From an uncultured Trueperaceae bacterium (lineage in GTDB: Bacteria; Deinococcota; Deinococci; Deinococcales; Trueperaceae): a DNA stretch of 64,000 nucleotides. Shown in pieces: positions 10,059-19,662 of the stretch (positions within the stretch are counted from its first letter, which is position 1; every line of letters begins with the position of its first letter). The notes beneath the pieces are model-generated. The model saw only the letters and a list, made by a program, of their open reading frames with translations, searched no databases and had not been told where the DNA came from. The position numbers and the translations under genes were made by a program. The DNA lies in assembly GCA_963799485.1 (NCBI GenBank), contig CAWCXJ010000013.1, positions 128,001 through 192,000 of the forward strand. The letters are read 5' to 3'.

Positions 10059-10913
10059 TTACGGTGAAAATGAGATGCTGCTCGCGTTCATGACGGCTCG
10101 GAAGGTGCGGTTAAAGGCGAGGGCGTCGGGAGCCGTGTAGCTGACGGTGCGCTCGCCTGCCCTGGTCACCCCCGGAATGTATAAACACGGGTCAACCCTG
10201 GCTTGATGGTCGAAATCGATTTCTACCGTGCAGTCCGGCGGCAGCGTCCAGGGTTTAGCGTCTGCCACACGCCTTACAGCCTCCTCCGCCCCCTCACGGA
10301 TAAGTGCCTGGGCGCGTTCGGGATGCAGGTGAAGCGCGCTAAAGGTAGCGTAGCCCTGTTTGACGACGACCCCGACGAGCTGTTCGCCAAGTAGCGCCCG
10401 AACCTGCGCGACGGCCTTGTCGTCGCCGGTCACAAGCGTCACCGGAACCCCGAAATGTCCGGCAAGCGCCGCGTTGATGCCGAACTCGCCGGTCGAGAGA
10501 CCGTCGAAGCGCACGTCGTTGACAAAGCCTGTCCAGGTGTGGGCCAGCGGCGCGCCCGGTGTGCCGGCTTTGGCGTGATAGCCGACGTAAAAGATAGCAG
10601 CAACGCCCGCTTCCTGCACACCCTGAACCATACCGAGTTCTTTGTCGTTGCCCGTAATAAAACGAACCTCCGGATGCAGCGCTTCAGGAACGAGGTTACG
10701 CATTCCGTTATGCGAATCGTTGACGATTACCTCGTCGGCACCGGCAGCGAGCGCCCCTTCGACCGCAGCATTGACCTCCTTGGTGAGCCGGGAACGCGCC
10801 CGTTCGTATTCGACCGTTGAAGCGGGCGACGTGCCGTACTCAGGCGGCGTGACCTGTACCCAACTGGTCACGCCGCAGATTCCTTCCATGTCGGCTGAGA
10901 TAAGAATTTTCAT
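10059..10913 (-). CDS. dppA: M55 family D-aminopeptidase
   Basis: ISADMEG, NDSH, GYHAKAG, LAHT, TGDD metal-binding motifs. Confidence 0.93.
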   Translation of the reverse strand: MKILISADMEGICGVTSWVQVTPPEYGTSPASTVEYERARSRLTKEVNAAVEGALAAGADEVIVNDSHNGMRNLVPEALHPEVRFITGNDKELGMVQGVQEAGVAAIFYVGYHAKAGTPGAPLAHTWTGFVNDVRFDGLSTGEFGINAALAGHFGVPVTLVTGDDKAVAQVRALLGEQLVGVVVKQGYATFSALHLHPERAQALIREGAEEAVRRVADAKPWTLPPDCTVEIDFDHQARVDPCLYIPGVTRAGERTVSYTAPDALAFNRTFRAVMNASSISFSP

Positions 10914-11156
10914 TCAACCTCCTCAAGAAACATCAAAGGTAGACAACACGGAGTAAGGTAACGCCGCAAAGACAGTTGTATACTAGCATACCAGCTGTAG
11001 ACCACTCCGTTTATGACTTCTCCTGCGCCGAATTTTTCCAGGGCCAGAGTCCCATCCTACGGGCTGGGCTGGACGTAGCCGCCAAGCAGGCGCTGAGACC
11101 CGTAAGTGTGGCGCGGCTCGCAGGCTCGAGTACAAAGATTTGGCTCGCTCCGAATA

Positions 11157-11184
11157 GAAGCCCGGGGCGAGAGTCCGGGCTTCA
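11157..11184 (-). terminator. Hairpin terminator after the aldo/keto reductase
   Basis: GAAGCCCGG-ggcgagagt-CCGGGCTTC. Confidence 0.55.
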
Positions 11185-11199
11185 GCGTCGTTTAGGTCT

Positions 11200-12198
11200 T
11201 TAGCCGTCCCGCGCGTCCGGCAGCGGCGCAGGTTGGTTGTCCAAAATCTCTTCGATACGGTTCATCACCTCGTCCGAGAGCTTGTCCACAACCTCGAGCG
11301 CTTCCATATTTTGCGCCACCTGCTCGGCCTTACTTGCGCCTGTAATCACCGTCGAGACGTCGGGGTTTTTCAGGCACCAAGCGAGTGCGAGTTGGGCGGT
11401 GCTGCAGCCCAAATCTTCGGCGACTCCGGCGAGCTGCCCAACTTTTTCCAGTTGCGCTTTCGCCTCGTCACTCTGGAATCGTTCGCGGAGCCACTCGTAA
11501 CCGGGCGTGTTGAGGCGGCTGTCATCCGGGATGCCGTCGTTATACTTGCCCGACAAGAGGCCGCTGTAGAGGGGGCTCCAGGTCGTCAGGCCGAGTTTGA
11601 AATCACGGTAGAGCGGTCTGTATTCAGTCTCGACGCGCTCGCGCACAAACATGTTGTATTGCGGCTGCTCCATCAGAGGCGGGACGAGGTGTTCACGGCG
11701 CGCGACTTCATACGCTTGGCGAATCTGCTCGGCCGACCACTCGCTCGTGCCCCAATAAAACGCCAAACCCTGATCTAGCAAAAAGTTCATCGCCCGGACG
11801 GTCTCTTCGATAGGCGTGTGCGGGTCGGGACGGTGGCAAAACACCAGGTCGACATAGTCCATCTGGAAACGTTCGATCGCGGCTTTTGTTCCCTCGATGA
11901 TGTGTTTGCGCGACAGCCCCATGTCGTTCGGACCGTCGCCACCCCAAAAAATCTTGGTCGAAACCACCAGGTCGCTGCGTTTCCAGCCCTGCTTTTTGAT
12001 CACGTTGCCCATCATCGTTTCGGCCTTGCCGCTGCTGTAACCTTCGGCATTGTCGAAAAAATTGACGCCGTGCTCATACGCGGTTGTCATCAATTCGGTC
12101 GCTACGTCTTCACCGATCTGGTCGCCGAAGGTGACCCAAGCGCCGAACGAGAGTGCGGAGACCTTTAGGCCGGAATTGCCGAGATAACGGTACTGCAT
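11200..12198 (-). CDS. Aldo/keto reductase (Kv-beta-like subfamily)
   Basis: [47 protein letters not shown] before ATG12198. Confidence 0.93.
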   Translation of the reverse strand: MQYRYLGNSGLKVSALSFGAWVTFGDQIGEDVATELMTTAYEHGVNFFDNAEGYSSGKAETMMGNVIKKQGWKRSDLVVSTKIFWGGDGPNDMGLSRKHIIEGTKAAIERFQMDYVDLVFCHRPDPHTPIEETVRAMNFLLDQGLAFYWGTSEWSAEQIRQAYEVARREHLVPPLMEQPQYNMFVRERVETEYRPLYRDFKLGLTTWSPLYSGLLSGKYNDGIPDDSRLNTPGYEWLRERFQSDEAKAQLEKVGQLAGVAEDLGCSTAQLALAWCLKNPDVSTVITGASKAEQVAQNMEALEVVDKLSDEVMNRIEEILDNQPAPLPDARDG

Positions 12199-12406
12199 GT
12201 GTCCTCCTTGGCGTTTGAAAAGAAAGGTATATGTGCTTTCAAGAGCGCCGTAAATGTACAACGTTATGAACTCTAACGCGCTCAGCTGAACTTGCTGAAG
12301 CGCACGCTACAACCGAAAGCGTGACCGGAGAACGTAAACCCGCTTACACACCTCATGATTTACGGCACGAAAAATGGATTTCGGACGGGCTCGAGCCTTA
12401 CCCCAC

Positions 12407-12787
12407 CTAGAACGCTTCAGTGCCTGCTTGGTCTTGCTCACCCATACCGCCGCTGACCCCCACCGCGCCGACGACCCGCCCGCCTCGTTTAAGCGGGATA
12501 CCGCCCGCAAAAATCACGACTTTGCCGCCGTTCGAGGCGTGAATCCCGAAAAACTGATCGCCCGACTGACTACTGGCTGCCAGGTCTTTTGTCGGGAGGT
12601 CAAACGCGCGAGCGGTGTAGGCCTTGTTGACCGAGTCGATGCTGCCCAACCAGGCGTTGTCCATCCGCACGTGGGCGACGAGGTTGCCGTCTTCGTCGGC
12701 GACGGCGATGTTCAGCGGTTGACCGATTTCGGCAGCTTTTTTCCCGGCAGCGGCGATAACTCTGCGGGCGTCCTCGAGTGTGACCAT
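12407..12787 (-). CDS. GlcG/HbpS family heme-binding protein
   Basis: IAVADEDGNLV, RMD, KAYTA, GGIPL, GAVGVSGG. Confidence 0.88.
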   Translation of the reverse strand: MVTLEDARRVIAAAGKKAAEIGQPLNIAVADEDGNLVAHVRMDNAWLGSIDSVNKAYTARAFDLPTKDLAASSQSGDQFFGIHASNGGKVVIFAGGIPLKRGGRVVGAVGVSGGMGEQDQAGTEAF

Positions 12788-12932
12788 CTTCAGCTCCTTC
12801 AGCGCCTAAGCCTGTCACGGACACAGCGTTCCAAGCCGGACGTTGGCCTCGGGCGGCCTTACGCAGTACGTTAGGCAGCACGCCATACAGCGCCGTGCTG
12901 CAACCTCACCCCGAAAGCGGGTATAAACAGGG

Positions 12933-14870
12933 ATGCCCAAACTCAAGGCAAAACACCTTCTCGAGCTGACCTTCGTTTCCGACGCGCAGCTCAGCCCGGA
13001 CGCGCAGCAAGTCGTTGCCGTCGAGACGACGATCGACCAACCGAACAAGGACAAACCCCCCGAATACCGAAGCCAGCTGTTTCTTTACGGTGCCAGGAAC
13101 GAACCGCGCCGGCTGACCTACAACGCCAGGAACACGCAGCCACGTTTTAGCCCGGACGGAACCCGCTTGGCGTTCGTATCGACGCGCGCTGACGGGGCTA
13201 AACCGCAGCTCTGTGTGTTGCCCCTAAACGGCGGCGAAGCCCAAACCCTGACCGAGTTCAAGGCGGGGGTAGACGAAATCGTCTGGCACCCTTCAGGCGA
13301 GAAGGTGGCGTTTTCTTCACGGGGCGACGTTGAAGACGAGGCGGTCAAAAGGGGTGACCCGCGCGTTATCGACCGGGTGTTTTACAAGGGTGACGGCGTG
13401 GGCTTTCAGCCTACCGAACCTGCCCAGGTCTATCTTTACGACCTGAAGACCCAGAAGGCCGAAAAGCTCACCAAGCTTAAAAGCAGCCCCGGCAGCCTGA
13501 CGTTTAGCCCGGACGGTAGCCTGCTCTACTTCGTCGGGGCCAAAGATGCCGACGCCGAGGACGCCTGGGAGAGCAGCGTGTGGGTGTGCGACGCGTCGGG
13601 CGGCAAACCGCAGCAGCTCGCCCCGAACCTCACCCACGTTTTTGCCGTAACGCCGAGCCCTGACGGAACCCAGCTGGCGCTGTTGGCGGCGACCGACCAG
13701 GACAACTTCGCCGGCCCGACCGGGCTCTGGTTGGCTCCGGCTAAAGGGGGTGACGCAGTGCTTTTAACCGGCGACCTCGAGACCGCTCCCGGCATCGGCG
13801 GCGACGCGCAGTACGGCAGCTATCCCAACGCCCCGGCTTGGGCCGACGATAAAAACATCTTTGTCAACGTCAACCAAGAAGGGCGTAGCGGCGTCACCAG
13901 AGTAAGCGTAACCGGGCGGCTGCGCGCCGTGCAAAAGGGCAACCGCGCCGTAACCGGATTTCACTGTCAGGCCGGGCGTTTTGCCTTTACCGCCGAGACT
14001 CCGGACAAACCCGGCGAGGTTTTTTTCCGCGACGCGCGCGGTAAAGAAACGCAAGTGAGCCGGGCGAATACCGCCTTTATCGAAACGCACAAACTCGCCG
14101 AGGCAAGCCCAAAGCGGCGCGCCAAAGCCAGCGGCGGCCCCAAACTCACCTACTGGACGCTCTCACCCCGCAAACCCCGGAAAGACCAGGCGCTGGTCTT
14201 GCAAGTTCACGGCGGGCCGCACACCAATTACGGCTACGGCTTTTACTTCGAGTTCCAGCTCTTGGCGGCGCAGGGCTACACCGTCGTGTACGGCAATCCG
14301 AGAGGCTCGAGCAGTTACGGCGCGGACTTTACCACTACCGTCCAGGGACGTTACGGAACCCTCGACGCCGCCGACGTGCTGGCGATAGCTGGTGCGGCGC
14401 GGGCTGCCCACACCGACCCGGACGCCCCCTTGCACCTTACGGGCGGCTCTTACGGCGGTTTTATGACGAACTGGCTCGTCACCCAGACCGAGCTGTTTCG
14501 TTCGGCGGTGACGCAGCGCAGCATCTGCAACTGGGTGTCGTTTTACGGTACTTCAGACGTCGGCTACGGGTTTACCGCGCAAGAAATCGGCGGCAATCCG
14601 TGGGACGACCTCAACAAGCTCTGGCAGCAGAGCCCGCTCAAATACGTTGCCGACGTTTCGACGCCGCTGCTTATCATTCACGCCGACGAAGACCAGCGCT
14701 GCCCGGTCGAACAGGCCGAACAGCTCTTTGTCGCGCTTAAACGCCTCGGCAAAAGGACGCAGCTCGTCCGCTTTCCGGGTGAAGGGCACGAACTCTCGCG
14801 TTCGGGTCGTCCTGATCGCCGGGTGGCGCGGCTGGGGGCCATTTTGGACTGGTTTGACGCGCACGCTTGA
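12933..14870 (+). CDS. S9 family peptidase (acylaminoacyl/dipeptidyl peptidase) with a beta-propeller domain
   Basis: PD40-like SPDG repeats, VHGGPH, NPRGS, nucleophile GGSYGG, DQRC, GEGH. Confidence 0.93.
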   Translation: MPKLKAKHLLELTFVSDAQLSPDAQQVVAVETTIDQPNKDKPPEYRSQLFLYGARNEPRRLTYNARNTQPRFSPDGTRLAFVSTRADGAKPQLCVLPLNGGEAQTLTEFKAGVDEIVWHPSGEKVAFSSRGDVEDEAVKRGDPRVIDRVFYKGDGVGFQPTEPAQVYLYDLKTQKAEKLTKLKSSPGSLTFSPDGSLLYFVGAKDADAEDAWESSVWVCDASGGKPQQLAPNLTHVFAVTPSPDGTQLALLAATDQDNFAGPTGLWLAPAKGGDAVLLTGDLETAPGIGGDAQYGSYPNAPAWADDKNIFVNVNQEGRSGVTRVSVTGRLRAVQKGNRAVTGFHCQAGRFAFTAETPDKPGEVFFRDARGKETQVSRANTAFIETHKLAEASPKRRAKASGGPKLTYWTLSPRKPRKDQALVLQVHGGPHTNYGYGFYFEFQLLAAQGYTVVYGNPRGSSSYGADFTTTVQGRYGTLDAADVLAIAGAARAAHTDPDAPLHLTGGSYGGFMTNWLVTQTELFRSAVTQRSICNWVSFYGTSDVGYGFTAQEIGGNPWDDLNKLWQQSPLKYVADVSTPLLIIHADEDQRCPVEQAEQLFVALKRLGKRTQLVRFPGEGHELSRSGRPDRRVARLGAILDWFDAHA

Positions 14871-15057
14871 CTGTTGCCGGTACCCGCCTCACCCTGTGAA
14901 ATTCTCCACATCCGCCGTCCTAAACACAACCCAGCTGATTTCTTGTGTCGGTTGTGATGCGTGTTCTATGATTACGGTGCTACCTTAGCGCCATGAAGCT
15001 TCTAAGCGTAATACCAGAAACGGCACCGGGTATATCACAGTCGGACGAGTCAGGGGA

Positions 15058-16239
15058 GTGGAGATGAGTACTGATAAAGTTGTGGTTACGACGTTTGTCA
15101 AGAACCTGCTCGGCGGCGGTGCCGAGCGCGTCGCCGTCAATCTGCTGCAAGGTTTGCCCCGCGACGTCTTTACCCAAGAGCTGGTGATGGTCGACGCCTG
15201 GGGGCCCTTTTTAGAACAGGTTCCGGAAGACGTCAAACAGACCAATCTGGCGCTTGGTCACAACGTTTCCAGTGCTATTGTGCCCCTCGTACAGTATTTA
15301 CGGCGGCGTAAACCCGACGTACTTATCTCGCACCTCGCTCACGCCAACGTTGCCGCGGTCGTCGCTGCGGCCTGCGCCCATACGGGAACTCGGGTCGTCT
15401 TGGTCGAGCACAACGACAACTCTTCGGTCGATCAAAAACGGACGCGCTCGGCGGCGAGTAAAGCGCTGCAAGGGTTCAAGTCGCTGGCGTACCGGCGCGC
15501 CGACAAGATCGTAGGCGTTTCCGAAGGGGTCACCGGCTATGTAGGCCGCACCTTTAACGTGCCTGCCCAAAAGCTCGCGACGATCTACAATCCGGTCGTC
15601 AGCGAGGCGCTGCTGGAGCGTTCACGGCGGCCGCTGGCGCACCCGTGGTTTGCCGCGGGGCAACCGCCGGTTCTCTTGGCGAGCGGCCGCTTACGCGAGC
15701 AAAAAGACTTTAGTACGCTCTTAAGAGCGTTTGCCCAGGTCAGGCAGGCGCGCGCGTGCCGCCTTATCATTCTCGGTGAGGGTGCTTTGCGGGCTGAACT
15801 CGAGGCCGAAGTCGCCGCGCTCGGCCTTCAGGCCGATGTGTCGCTCCCCGGTTTCGTCGAAAACCCTTACGCCTACATGCGCGCCGCTTCGCTCTTTGTC
15901 CTCTCGTCGCGTTGGGAAGGTCTGCCGACGGTCTTGGTCGAGGCGATGGCGTGCGGGTGTCCGGTCGTTGCGACCGACTGCCCGAGTGGGCCGGCGGAGA
16001 TTTTAGAAGGCGGCCGGCTCGGCCCGCTCGTCGAGGTTGCCAATCCTGCCGCCCTCGCACAAGCGATCCTCGAGACGCTCCAGACCCCGGTGCCGCGTGA
16101 ACAGCTTGCGATTAGGGCCGCGCACTTCTCGTTCGAGAACGCGATTGCAACCTATACCCAGCTGCTTTCGGTCAAGGCCCGCGCAGCGGGGGCAGTTACG
16201 GTTTTGCCCGACGCCTACGCCGGACGTAAAGTCGCCTAG
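15058..16239 (+). CDS. Glycosyltransferase family 4
   Basis: GGGAER, GRLREQKDF, SSRWEGLPTVLVEAMACG. Confidence 0.92.
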   Translation: MEMSTDKVVVTTFVKNLLGGGAERVAVNLLQGLPRDVFTQELVMVDAWGPFLEQVPEDVKQTNLALGHNVSSAIVPLVQYLRRRKPDVLISHLAHANVAAVVAAACAHTGTRVVLVEHNDNSSVDQKRTRSAASKALQGFKSLAYRRADKIVGVSEGVTGYVGRTFNVPAQKLATIYNPVVSEALLERSRRPLAHPWFAAGQPPVLLASGRLREQKDFSTLLRAFAQVRQARACRLIILGEGALRAELEAEVAALGLQADVSLPGFVENPYAYMRAASLFVLSSRWEGLPTVLVEAMACGCPVVATDCPSGPAEILEGGRLGPLVEVANPAALAQAILETLQTPVPREQLAIRAAHFSFENAIATYTQLLSVKARAAGAVTVLPDAYAGRKVA

Positions 16240-16272
16240 TCGCCCGCCTGCTGCTCCTTTGACCACCGCTAT

Positions 16273-16710
16273 CTACTGCTCCGGGCGCGACTCGCCTTGT
16301 AACGTCGCGCTCAGCGTCCGGCTGCCGCCGTGGTTGCGGTGTTCGCACAAGTAGATACCCTGCCAGGTACCGAGTAGCAGCGCCCCGTCTTTGACCGGGA
16401 CGGTCAGGGAAAAGCCCAAAAGCGAGCCCTTGAGGTGGGCGGGCATATCGTCGGAACCCTCGAGGGTGTGTTCGTAATACGGTGCATCTTCGGGTACCAA
16501 CACGTTAAAGTGCCGCTCGAAGTCGGCGCGAACGTCGGGCGAAGCGTTTTCGTTTAACGTCAGGCTCGCCGAGGTGTGGTGGATAAACAGGTTCAAGAGC
16601 CCGGTGCGGATGTTGCGAAGTTCGGGTAGCTGCGCGGTCACCTCGCGGGTGATGAGGTGAAAGCCCCTGGGTTTGGGCGGCAAAGAAAAGGTCTTTTGTG
16701 TCCAGGTCAT
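16273..16710 (-). CDS. yjbQ: UPF0047 secondary thiamine-phosphate synthase family protein
   Basis: [33 protein letters not shown]. Confidence 0.93.
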   Translation of the reverse strand: MTWTQKTFSLPPKPRGFHLITREVTAQLPELRNIRTGLLNLFIHHTSASLTLNENASPDVRADFERHFNVLVPEDAPYYEHTLEGSDDMPAHLKGSLLGFSLTVPVKDGALLLGTWQGIYLCEHRNHGGSRTLSATLQGESRPEQ

Positions 16711-16828
16711 GTTGACAAACTATCTGCCGGCACGCCAAGCTGTTACGCTCGGCGCTACATGAATATCCACCACCGTTCTGCTGTTTTGCGCCGCTCATCT
16801 CGTCACGTCTGTAAGCGAAGAATCAGCA

Positions 16829-17818
16829 TTAGAGCCGCCGCAGGTAAACCCCCGTCGCACGGTGACCCGGCCCTTTTTCCAGAATAAGCCGCGCCCGTTC
16901 ACGGGTCGGCGCGATGTTTTCACGCAGGTTGAGCAGGTTGATGTCTTTCCAAATCTGCGCCGCCGTCTTCTGTGCTTCGGCAGTAGGTACCTTGGCAAGG
17001 TGATGAAAGTACGACGCCGGATTCTGAAAGGCCGTCTCCTTGAGTTTCATAAAACGCGCGGTGTACCACTCCAAAAGCTGCGCTTCACCCGCGTGCACAT
17101 AGATAGAAAAATCGAAAAAGTCCGAAACGAACACCCGGTCGCCTGCGCCGTCGCCACGCCCAAAGACGTTTAGGCCCTCCAAGATGACGATATCGGGCCT
17201 CGAGACCTTGACCTCGAGCCCCGGTACGATGTCGTAACTCAGGTGTGAATACACGGGCGCGCTCGCCTCAGCCCCCGATTTGATGTCGGCAACGAAGTGC
17301 AGCAGCCGCCGCTGGTCATAACTTTCAGGAAAGCCCTTGCGCTGCATTAAACCGCGCGCCGCCAACACCCGGTTGGGGTACAAAAAGCCGTCGGTCGTAA
17401 CCAAATCGACTTTGGGATGGTCGGGCCAGTGAGAGAGCAGCGCCCGCAACACCCTCGCCGTCGTACTTTTACCGACCGCGACGCTCCCCGCCAGCCCGAT
17501 GACAAACGGCACCATCCGCGCGGGTTTGCCCAGAAAGGCGTCGGTGACCTTAAACAGCGCTTGCGCCTTGGCGACGTAGAGGTTGAGGAGGCGTGAAAGC
17601 GGCAGATACACCTCGGCCACCTCGTCTAGCGACAGGTCTTCGTTGAGACCTCTGAGTTCGTCCAAGTCTTCTTTAGAGAGTGTAAGCGGCGTCGCGTCGC
17701 GCAGCGCCGCCCAAGCCGCACGGTCGAAGTGCATATAGGGGGAGGGCATATAGGTCAGCTTACTGTTTCGGCCGAGTTTGTTTTGGCCAAGTTTTATGTC
17801 TGCGCGGTCGGTGGACAA
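16829..17818 (-). CDS. coaA: Type I pantothenate kinase
   Basis: [47 protein letters not shown] start with upstream GGAG. Confidence 0.95.
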   Translation of the reverse strand: MSTDRADIKLGQNKLGRNSKLTYMPSPYMHFDRAAWAALRDATPLTLSKEDLDELRGLNEDLSLDEVAEVYLPLSRLLNLYVAKAQALFKVTDAFLGKPARMVPFVIGLAGSVAVGKSTTARVLRALLSHWPDHPKVDLVTTDGFLYPNRVLAARGLMQRKGFPESYDQRRLLHFVADIKSGAEASAPVYSHLSYDIVPGLEVKVSRPDIVILEGLNVFGRGDGAGDRVFVSDFFDFSIYVHAGEAQLLEWYTARFMKLKETAFQNPASYFHHLAKVPTAEAQKTAAQIWKDINLLNLRENIAPTRERARLILEKGPGHRATGVYLRRL

Positions 17819-18279
17819 TTACTCCGCGTTCGTTGGCACTTTCGGTCACCTCTCTCACCGTAGACGCGCGTGATACCGACTTGGGGCGGCGTGACAAGGT
17901 GGTAGCGCAGATTCAAAAAGACCTCGAGGCAAGCTCGCAAAAAAGAGGGGTTGAAGCCGAAGACTTGAAGGCCAAAGCACGCGTTAGCCGCGTTTATCAC
18001 GACACCTTGTTGATGACCCGCGTGTGTCCGGGATGATTTTTATTTTGTCTCAAAACGGCTACAGAACGGTTATGGAACGGTTATGGTCACTGCCCGGACG
18101 AGTACAGCCGTCCGGGAAAGCTTACCCAAGGCGGGTGGGTGCTGATGCGGACGCTGGCGGCACTTGCGGAAGTAGCACGTCAGCCTGTACCGCTGATGCG
18201 TTCGCCTGGTGCCTTGAAACACGCGTCCTTGCGTGAGTCAGCCTCAACGATGCACAATGAAAGGGTAGAGGAGGACGCT

Positions 18280-19662
18280 ATGACGAAACCGGCGATGGAG
18301 TTGTGGATAGACGGTAAAACCGAGCGGATAACGGCGGTGTCCCCCTCGCGGATGCTCTTGGACTACCTACGGGCGTCGGGTCACGTCGGCGTCAAAGAGG
18401 GCTGCGCCGAAGGTGACTGCGGCGCATGTACGGTCGCCGTTCGTGGCGCGGTCCGGGGTGAAGGGACGTTCAAGGCGGTCAACAGCTGTCTCGTTCCGCT
18501 GGCAGCGGTGGCGGGTCAAGAGGTCGTAACGGCCTCGGGACTGGCCCAAAACGGGGTGTTGCACCCGGTTCAGGCGGCGCTCGCGGCGGCGGGCGGGTCG
18601 CAGTGCGGGTATTGTACGCCGGGATTTGTGATGAGCCTCTTTGCGGCCCAGGGTTCGGGAGAGACCGGGGAAGCGGTGCTGGAGGGCAACTTGTGCCGCT
18701 GCACGGGCTACCGGCCTATCCGCGAGGCGGCGCACAGCCTAAACGAAGCGCCTGCCGAGCACCTGTATCCTATACGCGAACACCGTAAACCAACTCACTA
18801 CAGTGCCGGTAACGAACATTTTTTCCGTCCAGCATCGCTTCAAGAAGCGCTCGAGCTGATCGCCACGCACCCTGAAGCCAAACTCATCGCCGGGGGTACG
18901 GATGTGGGTGTCGAACTCAATAAACTGGGCCGTCACTACCCGGTTTTGGTGTCCGTGGAGCATGTCCCCGAACTCCGTCAGCTTGAAGAGACGGACGCAG
19001 GATTTACGTTAGGCAGTGCGCTGACGCTCTCTGAACTCGAGCAACAACTCGCGGGCCGTATCCCACTCCTAGAAACGATGCTCCAAAGTTTTGCGGCGCG
19101 GCAAATCCGCAACCGCGCCACGCTGGGCGGCAACCTGGCAACGGCTTCGCCGGTCGGCGACCTTGCGCCGGTGCTGCTCGCCTGCGACGCCTCGCTCACG
19201 CTGCTATCGGCTGAGGGCGAACGCACCCTCCCGCTGAGCGCGTTTTTTACGGGCTACCGTAAGGCGGCGCTGCGCCCGGGTGAACTGATAGCGTCGGTGA
19301 CGGTGCCCGAACAGACCGGACGGTTAGAAGCCGTTTACAAGGTCGGCAAACGCGGCGCAGACGACATCTCGACGGTGGCGGCGGCGTTCAGCTTGGAGCT
19401 TTCAGGCGGTACTGTCGCCTCGGCGCGGCTGGCTTACGGCGGCGTTGCCGCGACGCCCATTCGCGCCTATGAGGTTGAAGCGTTTTTACGGGGCCAGCCC
19501 TGGAACGCGCGCACCGCGTCCGAGGCCGCCACCCGCCTCCGCGCCCTTTTTACGCCGCTGAGCGACCTGCGCGGCAGCGCCGGGTATCGCCGCGCCCTGG
19601 TCGGGAACTTGTTTGAAAAGTTCTTTTATGAGCATTCTGGCGTGAGCGAGGTCGCCGCGTGA
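18280..19662 (+). CDS. xdhA: Xanthine dehydrogenase small subunit (2Fe-2S and FAD domains)
   Basis: KEGCAEGDCGAC, QCGYCTPG, GNLCRCTGY, AGGTD, GGNLATASP; RBS GAGGAGG before ATG18280. Confidence 0.95.
   Translation: MTKPAMELWIDGKTERITAVSPSRMLLDYLRASGHVGVKEGCAEGDCGACTVAVRGAVRGEGTFKAVNSCLVPLAAVAGQEVVTASGLAQNGVLHPVQAALAAAGGSQCGYCTPGFVMSLFAAQGSGETGEAVLEGNLCRCTGYRPIREAAHSLNEAPAEHLYPIREHRKPTHYSAGNEHFFRPASLQEALELIATHPEAKLIAGGTDVGVELNKLGRHYPVLVSVEHVPELRQLEETDAGFTLGSALTLSELEQQLAGRIPLLETMLQSFAARQIRNRATLGGNLATASPVGDLAPVLLACDASLTLLSAEGERTLPLSAFFTGYRKAALRPGELIASVTVPEQTGRLEAVYKVGKRGADDISTVAAAFSLELSGGTVASARLAYGGVAATPIRAYEVEAFLRGQPWNARTASEAATRLRALFTPLSDLRGSAGYRRALVGNLFEKFFYEHSGVSEVAA

Noticed and set aside
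10920..11195. ORF or ncRNA in the dppA-AKR spacer
   Set aside because: Only a terminator hairpin is supportable; the short frames have no recognisable features.
12790..12900. GVLPNVLRK resembling an aconitase C-terminus
   Set aside because: The match is too short to distinguish from chance.
17833..18036. 67-aa ORF between coaA and xdhA
   Set aside because: No RBS or recognisable motif; it overlaps the probable promoter region.
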